Both the position numbers and the translations under genes were made by a program. Positions 25,501 to 37,600 of a DNA stretch of 64,000 nt are shown here, in pieces. Where the stretch lies: positions 32,488,001 through 32,552,000 of the forward strand of contig CATNEN010000038.1 in the NCBI GenBank assembly GCA_950097015.1. Direction: 5' to 3'. The stretch is from Macrostomum hystrix. Taxonomy: Eukaryota; Animalia; Platyhelminthes. The notes beneath the pieces were generated by a model. The model saw nothing but the letters and a program-made list of their open reading frames with translations, had not been told where the DNA came from and made no database searches. Each line of letters starts with the position of its first letter. Within the stretch, counting starts at the first letter, position 1.

Positions 25501-27260
25501 GACTCCGGAACCTCCAGCCCAGTTACCGCTGCTCCTGCTGCGACTTCCCAGGGCATCGCCCCACTTTGCGGCCCGTCTCGCTCGCCCTCTGCCACCCCTT
25601 TCTCCGCCCGGTCGCCTTCTGTCGTTCCTCCACTCATACCTGTTTTTACCTCCGCCACTCATCTGTCATCCTGCTCCTCCTCGTCATTTCGACGCCAACA
25701 GCCGTTTTGTCGCATCCTCCAATTCAACGCCAACAGCCTCTCCAACCAATGCGAGGAACTCGCCCTTTTTCTCCGGGACCATTAAGTGGACCTCGCCGCC
25801 ATCCGAGAAACCAAATTCAGGGCTTGCAGCAAATTCCACATTGAAGGCTACAATATTGTTTGCCTTGACCGCGAAAGAAATAAGGCAGGTGGCCTCTGCT
25901 TCCTAATTCGTGAAGGCATCAGCTATCACAGCATCTCCTCCAGCTCCAGCACCGCGGAATGTCCTACTGGGCTCCTCTTTACACAAAGCCTATCACACAA
26001 AGGAGTAAAAAAGTCGTCATTGACATCAATGAATCCCTTAGGCGTGTTTCTGTTCTTAACATGTGTGGGTGCATTGTTTCACACAGCTTTGGGCGCCACC
26101 TACCACATTTGGTACAACAACTACTTAAGCCAGCTGATGAGGCAGACTGAGAATCATTCATTTAACAGCTGGCTGATGTGCGCGGCATCTGCAGCACCTA
26201 CATAGATAAGCTGACCAACTCCATTATGAAGTCAGACTGTCAGAGCTCGAGAATGGAGGTAATTTATTTGTCACAAGAATCCATCAGTACATCTTTGACA
26301 ATGGACTAGTTATCTAATCAGTCAACAAAAAACAGGATGTCTTGTTCTATGGGATGTCTACCGCAAAGGGGTTGTCTCTGGTTTTTAGTCCTTGGCCACT
26401 CAGTGGTGGCTTAAGAAGCCCAACTCATGAGCCAAAAAAGCAAAGGAGTATAAAACAATCATCGACAAACCTCTGCTCGCAATATGACTAGTAACTGACA
26501 TGCTAGCTAACACAGGTCAGTGTACAACAATATTCTAAACAAACCAATGACAAGAACTGACCCTTCTTTTTGGTTATTGGTATCAGTTATTAATTAACAA
26601 TTTTACCAATAACACAAATGGTTGATTCATGGTTTTATGGTGGAGAATTAAAAACTGGCTAGAAATTAAAGACCTTAAGAACTGCAACATCAAGGAGCAG
26701 CACATGATTGTCAACTACTAATGTGACCATGAAGGAGCGCAATTTCAGTTGATTGTGAATTCAAAAGCTACTAATAAAAGTCAGCAGTGATGCTTTTGCT
26801 AGCAGTAAAAGTTAGAAGATTGTAAATTTTGATGATTCATTTTTCTACATATTTGACCTCCTAGGGCACATAACAGCCCTGTAACAAATCTAGAATAAAG
26901 AACTACTAGAACTTCAAATAACTTCTAGGCTGAGTCACCTTAAACAATACCAAATCCTTATTGCATATTCCTTTAACTTTTTAATGCATCTTACCAAATG
27001 AAAAAACAATTTCTGCTTGCTTATTTTTGCGTCTACCAAATATTCAAATAATGGAAAACTTACTACATTGTGACACATTGATAGTTGCCATTAGTTTTAA
27101 TTTATTTGCAACTCTTACAAAATAAAGATAATATAAAGTTATACTCAAACCAAAACCTGAGTCTTACCTCACCAAAAGGGGAAAACAACAGCCTTAGATG
27201 GTTAGCTGTCACAGATTGATCCAGATTCTTGATTAATAAGATATTGCTACTGTTCAGCAT
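22558..27260 (-). CDS. RRM-domain protein with Q/S/A-rich low-complexity region and C-terminal coiled coil
   Basis: Exons 27260-27168 (MLNSSNILLIKNLDQSVTANHLRLLFSPFGE), 24566-24408 (VLRIQVV...YLGIVVFRQAASAAKARSDLHKTVYLDRRIDVVC), 24327-23003 and 22888-22558. Phases are compatible and the first two exons rebuild a complete RRM (RNP2 and RNP1). Basic NLS-like LKRRKV. The donor at 23002 (GTTCGA) is weak. Confidence 0.75.
25370..25960 (+). mobile_element. 5' fragment of non-LTR retrotransposon (2A-like motif, PHD-like finger, APE endonuclease)
   Basis: LLRAGIEPNPGR; CAGCDKWFHHKPCSGL; RILQFNANSL...DH*VDLAAIRETK...EGYNIVCLDR...AGGLCFLIREGISY. Frameshift plus stop; lies inside intron 1 of the RRM gene. 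Confidence 0.85.
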
Positions 27261-27855
27261 ATTAGCTACAAGGTTAAAAAACAATTATTAAATATTTTCA
27301 TTTTTGTGATATGAATACACAATTTTTATTTGTGATAAGAAATATATAGTCCATTTCATAAAAAAGAATAGCTTTTCTCACTATTTGCAATTTGAACTAC
27401 AAGTATTAACAAAATTAGGAAGCATTTAATTGACAACTATTATAGTCTTTTTGTCCAAGGATTTGACACAAATACTTTGAAGAACATACAACCATAAACA
27501 TAATAAACTAACATATGAAATTAAAACAAAATTTTCATCAATAAAATGATAAATGGAAGCTTTAGTTACATATAGTTATGTATGACAAATATTAACAAAG
27601 CATTATAAAGCCTAGCATGGTAGGGATTTTGAAAGGGATGTAGGCCCTGTAGGGATGTACTTGCATCATATTACCTAGATCCCACAAATACAATATTTTG
27701 CACCTATGGCCTCTAGCCTTAAATCAAGTTGGTAAGATAAGTAGGTAGTTACATAAGGTAAGGTAATGTGGCCTCTAAGGTGAGTGTCCTATTTTAAATT
27801 TGGTATTCTATCTAGATTACATACGTGTATACTCACGTGCACGTGTAAGGAAGTG

Positions 27856-28516
27856 CTTATTCCCACGGTCCTGTGCCAATAATTTCAATTTTATCCACAC
27901 GGATCCGTGTAGATAATTTTCTGCTTATCCACACGGCAGCTTGTATGAATAGGTCTACTTTCAAGTCCCTACCTATTCTTCTCTGAGCATAAGGTTTTTG
28001 CTTCAGAGTATAGTGTATTGTGTACACTATCAATGCATAGTGTAAAATAATAACAATGATGTATAAATGTGTGACGAGTTTGGTATTGACTAGAATTCTG
28101 CTGGTTGACTCATGATTTTCTTTGATAGACTTCTTACTTTTTAAATCAATACAATTCAAATGAAAACATGTAACGATGACAAAAGATTTAGTAAGTTGTT
28201 ATTACAATAATTAAAACGGATGACATTAATGTTGGTTAATGAATGTGTAGGTCAAAATGTAGTCTAACACTGTCGTAACACACTGGCAACTTTGTTGATC
28301 TATTGGCTTGAGGGTTCAACAAAATGTTCAAGCCTGAAAGGGCCTCATTTTAAAGAACAGAACTGTGTGGATAAAATTGAAATTAACGGCACAGCATATT
28401 TATATAAAGAGTTTTAGACCTATTCATACAAGCTGCCATGTGGATAAGCAGAAAATTATCGGCACGGATCCGTGTGGATAAAATTGAAATTATCAGCACG
28501 GGACCATGGGAATAAG
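27856..28516. repeat. ~100-bp inverted repeat pair with ~460-bp spacer (foldback/MITE-like)
   Basis: 27856-27957 (CTTATTCCCACGG...GAATAGGTCTA) is the reverse complement of 28415-28516 with a few mismatches; partial third copy near 28365-28392. Confidence 0.85.
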
Positions 28517-29286
28517 CTCTGCCCATTTAATAACTTTGTTCAAATGTGAAAAATTTAATTGAAACCATGAGCAACATAATATCTATTTAGGCCTGTTTCA
28601 AATATATGAATTTCAAACTGAGATTTTATGCCAGATAAGATAGGGTAATGTATCATCAACCAAACAGTGTATCTTCAAAACCGAACAAGAATTTTGACTC
28701 TTTCCTTGGTCTTGTACAAGACAGAAACAAGCTATTGTATTTCACAGAACAACTATTTTGAATGTCAATGAAATTATTTACAAGCTAAGGCATGACATGC
28801 AATGAAGCATTAAAAGGAAAGAAAGATATGGATTTTTCAGTAGAAATTTTTATCACAAAAGCATACTTTTTGACAGCATTTTTTCACCATGTACTTTAGA
28901 CTAAGATTGTGTGTGGTTGCTTTCCAATTAAATTACCATAATTGTAGTTATTTATAGAGCATGAAAAATGTTTTCAAATGACATAATTCATGATAGATCA
29001 CTCCTTAAAATAAGATTAAACCACTCACTCAAATTTTAAAACCGAACATCAAATTCTCTGTTTGGTTTGAAGATACATGAAAATCATTGTTTGGTTTTAG
29101 ATGAAAAACATGAATAACTTTTTTCTACTTGACAAAATTGCAAAAGCAGATATTATTTAGAAAGACAAAACTGTTTTCTATAACTTGGCTTTTGATTTAT
29201 CATCATATCTTAAATAGAAAATCTGTAGCTTAGGTTTGAAGTTAGAAAAAATGCATATTCTTGTTCGGTTATTGATACATTACCCT

Positions 29287-29567
29287 CATACATGCGCAAC
29301 ACCCGGCCGACCCAGCCGAACCAGCCGGGTGAAACGAGGGCCAAGCAAGGTAAGTCGCAAAAACCAATCGATGAAGCGCCAAAAAATCAAAGGGGGGACC
29401 AAGGGACAAAAAAGGAAGGCGTGAAGAAAAGGAAAAAGGGGAGAGAAAAAGAGAGCAAATGAGAGCAAACTAAGTCGTAAATAGAGCAATGAAACGAACT
29501 AAGTCGCAAATGAGAGCAAAAACTAAGTCGCAAGGCCGGCTAAGATTTGGGAGGTTGCGCATGTATG
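29287..29567. mobile_element. Non-autonomous hAT-like element
   Basis: Perfect 14-bp TIR CATACATGCGCAAC; perfect 8-bp TSD ATTACCCT (29279-86, 29568-75); internal TAAGTCGCAA repeats. Confidence 0.92.
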
Positions 29568-30335
29568 ATTACCCTACTACTTTATGATGTTGTATAGTGA
29601 TAAATACAAGACAGTGGCAGCCAGAGTATACATGACTGGATAGCACCAGTGTAGCTGCACTCAAACCTCCCAACCTCAGTCTAGTTGAGGTGGGGTTGGT
29701 GCGCCCAACCAGCTGGCTTGCTAACTGCTAAGCCAGGGACAGGGGGGTTGGCAGTCGGCAGACTGTCACACCACTTGTTTGCACCCCTTAGGTCCCTTTA
29801 TCCTGCACTGTTTACTAGGGCCTACATACAAATATATGTGCAATGCAGCCCACAATCTTTGCTGCCATTCCATCTCTTAAGCAAAAATGCCGTCCGCCTT
29901 ATTACACTATTTACTATACACATGGCTAATATACAAAAGCTATAGTAAACATATATTAAGGGCTTTGAAGCATTTAGACAGTTTAAAGCATAACTGCAGA
30001 AGCAGATAATTAAAGAGCAAACTAATGATAAAGTTTGTGGATACAGGAATAAGTGTATTCAAAATACAAACTAATATATTTTAATAATATAATTTACTTA
30101 AAATAAAATATAATATAATTTCAAGTGTGATATTCTGGCAATGTTTCGATACTAGGCCTACTTCTTTTTATTCGTCGTGAACGAATTCAGTAGCAAAATC
30201 TAAAAAAAAATCTTTTTTTTCGTACATTAAATCTGCCCTCGAGTTTTTTGCTTTTGAATTTGAAAATCGTCTAAACATGAACAATTAGATTTTAATTATT
30301 AAGTTGCGAGCTCTTCTAAGAAAATTTCCGGAAAA

Positions 30336-30529
30336 GTCCCCAGGCAACGTTTAGCGACAACTCGTAACTACAGTCGTCCACAACCTTTTGGTAGGCTTAT
30401 AAATGTATTTTTAAAACGTTTTTTGGCTACAAAATGAGTTGACAAGGATGTTTATACTTTTTTATTTTTTGTAATGCATGCTTTGAGTAATGACATAAGT
30501 CTAATTTATTAACTTCGTATCTAGGTAAC
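30336..30529 (+). promoter_or_regulatory. Two RFX X-box-like motifs upstream of the CNBD gene
   Basis: GTCCCCAGGCAAC (30336-48) and GTATCTAGGTAAC (30517-29) versus consensus GTNRCC(N0-3)RGYAAC; possible 5'UTR splice donor at ~30391. Confidence 0.45.
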
Positions 30530-31680
30530 GTTATTAAGTTGCAGAGCTAGAGCTTTTACGTGTTTAAGATCTGTAACAAAGCGAAAGGACAGATACGAGT
30601 AGTTTGTCTGTAATTTCGAAGAAATTCTTACATTCGTAGCTGGTATTTTTTCGACAGAAACAGCCTTCCAGTCTTTTTTTTTGACCATGATCTATATACT
30701 CGACTTTTTGTATCGTCTGGCTTGTTTTTCGTCGGGCCGTCCGTAAAAGTGTTTTCTTTGTGCTTTACTATCCCATCTGTCGTATATCTAAACTTTCTGC
30801 TGCATACCCTTGTCTTAATAAATTTCACTTTTTTCAACACAAGAACCTTCATCTACTCATAGAACGCATGTCATAGATTTCATAAATTTACTATTAGCCA
30901 AACTACTACTACTACTATACTAGCCAAAGCTCTTAAAATCATGTTTAAAATTTTGTTAGTTACAGCCATAGATACGAAAATAACTAAAATAAACCTATGG
31001 TTACAGCGAGTTATCAACGGCATGCAGCAAGGTTGATAGCAAAAAAGATCTTATTTTAGTTAAAAAACGTTTGAATAAAACTGTCATTCTTTAACTGAGG
31101 CAGGAAATTGGAAGCTTGCAAACTGCATTCAGCTGGCTCATTGTGGCTGCTTCGAGTGTCATTCCAGACTATAAGTTTTAAAAAAGCCTGTATGTGTGTT
31201 GGGAATTTGGGAAGAGTTTGAAAAGTATGACAGAAAGCATATTACCAACTATGGCATGACAAAATCTTCCTGTTTTTCTCTCTTTCCCTTGCCCTTCTTC
31301 CCCACGCCGAGAAAGGAAACATGAAACAATGCTATGTGGTTGCTAATGACAACAACAGGTACTCAACAGTCAGCTCTATATGCTCACCCACTCTTTTCCC
31401 GACGCGGGGCTGAGCATTTCGGACGACCTATACACAATGCAAGCGTCTGCCTCATTTTAGTTAGCATTTTTTTCAGTTGGAGTTCTAACACAGCTGTAGT
31501 CCTTGCTGACTGGCTATATTGGCAAAGGTGGGAAGAGGATTGCAGGAAAGACCCAGAGAGACGACTAAGAGAGCGTGAGAACGTTGAAAGAACGTAATAT
31601 ATATATATTGAAACGGACAGCAATACACCCGCCATAGATGTGTTGCTAAATGGAAGCCATTCCGAGAGACACAGCGACCA

Positions 31681-34600
31681 ATGGGATGGCCACGCGTTGA
31701 AGAATCGATGATAGGCCCCGGGTAAAGACATTTGCAAGGCAGTGGAGCAAAGAATGCAGCCGTGCTGTACCTTCTGTCCTCAATATTTGGTAGCCATGCA
31801 GCTCTCTTAAGCCCAGGTATGCCATACTAATTCTCAAAGAACAAAGCAACACTATAGACGTCTTAGCAACTAGCAGTATCCATTCTTGGTCGCGGGCTAG
31901 TGGACAGTTAGTTACTGCTACTTAGAAACATAAGACGGCATCTGAGCGACTCAGAAGCACACGATTCACGTGACGAGCAAAGTACCACAAGCATGTTCGG
32001 CTTACTGCAGCGACTCAAGGAGCGCAAGACATTCATGGAGGCCACGGCGAAGGCGCGCCAAGAAGAGAGGGCGTGCAGTGGAGGACGGGACAGCGGTCCG
32101 CCAATTTTCAACAGGCGCATTTTCGGTGTTGGTACCATAGCCATAACTGCTACGGCTGCTCGAGTTATGAAGAAGAACGAAAAGCTTGAGCAGGAACATA
32201 AGTTCCATTTGAGCGACTCGGAGCGTCTGGTCTTGAAGAATATTGTGGACAGCCTGCGCCTGATTCACCGAGGCAGGAACCACGTGAAGCTGGCCATTGC
32301 AAACTGCCTCACACACGAGACGCATAAAGCGTTTGACTACGTGCAGAAGAGAAACCACGAGAATCAGTTCTCCTGCTACTACATCATGCATGGCAGTCTT
32401 GAAGCGACGTACGAACCAGCGGCCCCAGCTGCTGGCGGTGGAGGGATCGTGTCGCAGCAGATGTTCCAACCAAACATTGTGTACACGCACGGAATGGGTG
32501 AGTATTTAGGCCTGCTTAGCCACGGGGACGAAGACCAGGGCGACTTGGCGCCGCCCGACACTCTTTACTGCAAGACCGACTGCGAGCTGCTGCGCGTCGA
32601 CAGGGCCAAATTCCACGCCCTCATGCGCAGCCTGGAGACTCAGCTGCGTAGCGACACCGTGGCCTTCCTGAACGCCGAGTGGAATTTTCTCAAGCAGCTG
32701 CCGGAGTCTGAGAAATCGGCCCTGGTGCCACACCTAGTGAAGGATAGTCATAGGCCTGACTCGCTTGTGCTCAAACAGGGCGAGAGAAACGACTGGATTT
32801 ATTTTCTCACCTCTGGTAGATGCCAGGCCTACAGAATGCTCAAATTTCAAGAGGATGGCTTCGAGAAGACTGAGGCGTTCGCTCTGAGGACTTTTGATAA
32901 AGGTTAGAAAAATCGATTCGTGAATATAAAATATTATCTGCATTTAAAGTACATGAATTCATGAAGTTACTGCAATCTACGCTCGTATCATCATCAAATA
33001 AAGGAGGCTCCATTAAAGTTTTCTGTAGGGCTGTGGGCACTGGCGCACAGCGCTGAACTTCGATCGGTCAGGCCTAAATCAGTGACCCCCGAACACACGA
33101 ACGCACGCGAATATAAGCAACGCTCATTCGACGTTGTGCGCTTTGCGTTGCGCGTTGATGCTTTGCTCTCGCATGAGCGTAAATTGGACGACAGGCTCCA
33201 ACTAGATTTTTCTCAAAGACCGCGGCTTAAATTTATGCGGCCTCGTCTTCGATTCGAGATCTGGAGCTATGTTTGTTTGTTTTTTATTCCGGCAGGCTAT
33301 GTCCGCGGGGCGGGTCACAGCCCTGATCTCGAGCAGGAAAGAAAGGATCGATGCGTGGGCTGTCGGTGATAAGCGTCGGGTTTTCGCCCAGGTGTCAACA
33401 GCAGGCAGCGACGTGGTCTTGGCAGTCGAAAAGTAGGTGCCGCAATTGCGTCGAGCGTCGAGCCGAGCCTGTCCGGAGCTGGGCTAGCAGGACAGCGTAG
33501 GCGCGGCTGCTGACCTCGTTCAGGCGCGCGTCCTTGCTCGCGTTGCGCAGTGGCCGTCGTCTGGCCGTTACCTTGCCGACGCGTCCGCCTCCTCCTCCGC
33601 CTCGTTTCTTGGCAGCCCACAGTGCCCTGACACCCACTGGACAGTCACGGACGTAAGCGCGGCAATCTCCAGGAGGCAGCGTCAGATGCCGGCGCAGCTC
33701 GGCGAGCCGACGTCGAGGGTCTGGATGAGCGCTTGGGAGTCAGTGCAGTAGATTAGGCCTCCGAAATTCATCGGGGCGGGACGGGCAAGCAGCGCAGGAG
33801 CCTTGATGCTAGTGTCGATGCGATACAGCCAAACATGCTCCCGAAACAAGACCCGAAATAAATAAATAAATAAACCTCACTAAGATGTGAAGGTTCAAAA
33901 ATACAAGCCATACAATATTGCTATTTCTGCAGGTGACATGTTCGGAGAGGAGAGCCCCCTGAATGGCGAGGAGTCTAGTTTCTCTGTGTGCACAAAATCC
34001 CACGCGACGGTGTACCGACTGCATCGAAATCAGCTGACCGTGCTGGGCAGGCAGCACCTGTGCCGCCTGCTGCGCGAAAACGCTGGTGTTGTGCCGACCG
34101 ATGCTCAACTGCGAGACCGTCGCTCTGCGGTGCGCACCTGGGAGGCTTTTAGGTGCGAGACGGCGGCCTCACTGGTCGAGGGCAGGCGCGAAAATCTCAG
34201 TCGGATCAAACGAATTCAGTCGGCTCCGTAAGTGCACCAAGGATTCCGTAATAAGTTCTGACTTGTACTCGCATGGGTGCTCAGAAATTATGTACATAAT
34301 GACAGAATGACGAAATGATGGAAATGGCTGACTGGATGGTTGCTGACTGGATGGTTGCTGACTGGATGGTTGCTGACTGGGTGGTTGCTGACTGGATGGT
34401 TGCTGACTGGATGGTTGCTGACTGGATGGTTGCTGACTGGATGTTGCTAGATGCTGATTGATAAGACGCTGACTATATTTTTGACTTGCTTCAAAATGAC
34501 AGATCTTCGATCAGCCTGACTTCAAAAAAGCGTCATCTCGACTTTCTGGAGGGCGAAAGTCAAGGAAAAGTCTGCAGCGGCCTAAAGAAAAGTATAAGCC

Positions 34601-37600
34601 ATGCTTGAGTAGACTTTTCAGTGTGCATATTGAATTCACTGCATCACCGAGGCTGAATGCATTTCAGACGAAGCCAAAAAGCAATTAGCACCACCGGCCG
34701 GCTCGCTGGCTTCAATGGCCGCTAAGCCTGCAGTGTCGGCAGCTGTCAGGAGTGTTGACAACAAGCCAGCGGGTGATAGGAAATTGCTGTCCGGAACTGT
34801 GACTCAGTTTCTCTTGGTGAGTGATTGTTTGTCTCAACTGAGGTCATGAGCTCTCGGCAAGGACCACTAGGAGTTGAAGGACGGGATCAACTATATTTCT
34901 TAGAAAATTTTAAGTAGGCTGAAATTGCGCCATAATGAGATTGAAAAGTTTCAACTTGTCTGTGCAATTTTTGTGTCAGCGTTTGATTAGAAGCAGACAA
35001 AGGGCACATTTTTTATATTAGTTTTTTGTATGCTTTGTATTTTCATTAATTTCTTTTTTCTATCAAGCCTTATTCATGGAGACATCGATTTTCCTCTTTC
35101 CTGTACCTATAATTCCTATTCATATTCCTATTCCTATTCCTATTCCTATTCCTATTCCTTTTCTTATTCCCATTCCTATTCCTATTCCTATTCCTAGAAC
35201 TAATGCCCCCAGCAACAGAGAACTAATGCCCCCCAGCAACAGAGAACTAATGCCCCCAGCAACAGAGAACTAATGCCCCCCAGCAACAGAGAACTAATGA
35301 CCCCCCAGCAACAGAGAACTAATGCCCCCCAGCAACAGAGAACTAATGCCCCCAGCAACAGAGAAATAATGCCCCCAGCAACAGAGAACTAATGCCCCCA
35401 GCAACAGAGAACTAATGTCCCCCAGCAACAGAGAACTAATGTCCCCCAGCAACAGAGAACTAATGTCCCCCAGCAACAGAGAAATAATGCTGCGAGGGGG
35501 CATTTACCGTCAGCTAAGGGTGTTTGTCTATCTGTTATTAGCGGATGTGTTTGTGTCACCCAGGGGGGCCATATAGCTAGTTATTGTTACCAATATAGGC
35601 CTACTAGTAAGGAAAATAGTTGATTAACTTTCTACGAGTAACAATAAGAATTAAAATAATAATAATTATTTATTACACCTGCCTCAATTGGGAAAAATCT
35701 ATTGCGCGGTGCAGCTGAAGGCAGCGTACAGCTTTTCAGTCCATGGACTGGGGGAACGCCACACCCACTCAACAACGCCAGCTGATGCTGGTACCCATTC
35801 AACAGCTGGGTGAACTGAAGCAATGCAGAGTTAGTATCTTGCTAAAGGACACAATTTGTTCCAGTGAAGTCGGGAATCGAACCCCTGACCTTCAAGTCCG
35901 ACGCTCTTGTTCCGAACCACAATGCTGCAACCTTTTCTTCGAATTTCTATCCTATCTCTGTAGTGTATTTTTTTCTGAGAAAATCGGCATACTCTATTTT
36001 TTCTAAGAAATTTAGTTTCCCGTCTTTCTACTCCAAGTTGTCCTAGCCGCTCGCTAGGAAGCCAAATTAAAAGTACTATCAACATAATGTTTGCTTCAAT
36101 GCTGAACTGCGTTGCGTGAATGTTGCAGACTGCCAAGCAGAGGAGCAGCAGTTCTTCCATCGACTCGCGAGAGATTCACCGACGATTCGCTAATAAAGAC
36201 TATGAGAATCGAGTTAAACAGGGCTGGATCTTCGCTGCGGAGACTCATAATGAAGATCTGGTGAGACAGAGAGTTGATTAAATAAGTTGTGGATTAGTAT
36301 TCCAACTTTGTCCCCTATATTACTGGTGGCAATGGTAATCCTGTTGAGGTACTGGTAGTACACTGTAATCCTGTTGTACTACTGGTCGTAAACGATAGTT
36401 CTGTTGTACTGGTGACAAAATATTGTCATGTGAGGTAATAAAAATAATTGCAGGAGGGCTGCAGGCAATGGCACATGATTTGGTGACACTAGACCCGCAG
36501 CCAGCGAGGAGGCAATTCTGCTCATTTCGCTGACTCCTGAGCACACACGCACACAGATACTGTACTCAGGCACACGCTCACACAGGTGTGTACATCTGTC
36601 CTGACTTTCTCATCGTCAGGCAGTGTACATTTCACTGTGCCTTGGAGGTTGGCCCTCAAGGGCGTAAACTGCACGAGAAGCCCCCAAAGCCTTCAATCCG
36701 CGACTGCACCCCAAATGAATGTGGCCTCGCCATGGAATCGAAGTTAAGGACCGGTTAACGAGAGGCAAACGCGTTAACCGCTCTGCCACCAACTCCCTTA
36801 TGTTGAGGTACTGGCTACAAAACTATTGGCATATTGTGTTTTCGCTGACAAACAATGGTCATCCATTATCATTTTCGTCTTTTTAAACCGAAATAAAGAT
36901 GAATTTCAAACTAAATTAAAAGCAAACAAAGCGGGTGTGCTAATTGTCATTTCAATGACGCCAGTTCCCCAGCACTCCTCCCAATGTCCCGCAGGCGAGC
37001 AACCATTATTCGCCAATCGACACCGGAGAATTCGTTGCCAGAGCCAAGCAGGCAGCCAAGCAGCAGGCTGATAGGGTGCAAACCCTGCTGGCTGCAGCTC
37101 GCTTGGGAGCCCCACAGCACCAGGAGTGAGTGCGGATACAGGTTAACATGAGCCTGCACATGTACTGTACAGTAGGCTTTTTTATACTACTATAGTAGTA
37201 GCGACTACAATTTCAGTCGATTTTGTCACACCCTCCCGTGCCCTTGGACACCACAAGCCCCCAAGCCTTCTCTTCCCGGCTGTGCCCCAAATAAATGTGG
37301 CCTCGCCACAGAATCGAGCTCCGGGACCTTGATGCGTAATGGCAGATGCGTTAAACGCTCTGCCACGCATTCTAAAAGTCTGCCGATATGTATCGAAATA
37401 CTTGTAATTAAGGAGCAGAGTCCACACAGACCATGCCTATTTGCCTTCTAACGTTTTAGCCGCGAGACTGGAGGCCTGGAGCACGACTGTGAGGTGGCAA
37501 TCACGGGCCTCGCTTTTCATCGTCTGAGACTGCACCTGCTTCGACGTCGGCTTGACCGTCTCGATCGTCAGGCGAATGACGAAGACGGCGCTGGGGCGTC

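Noticed and set aside
33026-33325. hAT-like MITE (TAGGGCTGTG ... CACAGCCCTG)
   Set aside because: Only a 9-10-bp inverted match and the 8-bp flanks differ (GTTTTCTG versus ATCTCGAG), so there is no TSD.
33395-33637. Nested antisense gene in the CNBD intron
   Set aside because: The frameshifted frames carry RNase H and LAQLRTG motifs, so this is a LINE relic.
36490-36625. Hammerhead ribozyme in SINE family 1 (CTGACGA ... GCGAAA ... GTC), by analogy to Schistosoma Sm-alpha
   Set aside because: Stems II and III do not close next to the core, stem I is out of register, and the pairing is not kept in the 8-kb copy.
35860-37368. tRNA genes suggested by A/B boxes
   Set aside because: No complete cloverleaf; the boxes run into repeated bodies, so these are SINE heads.
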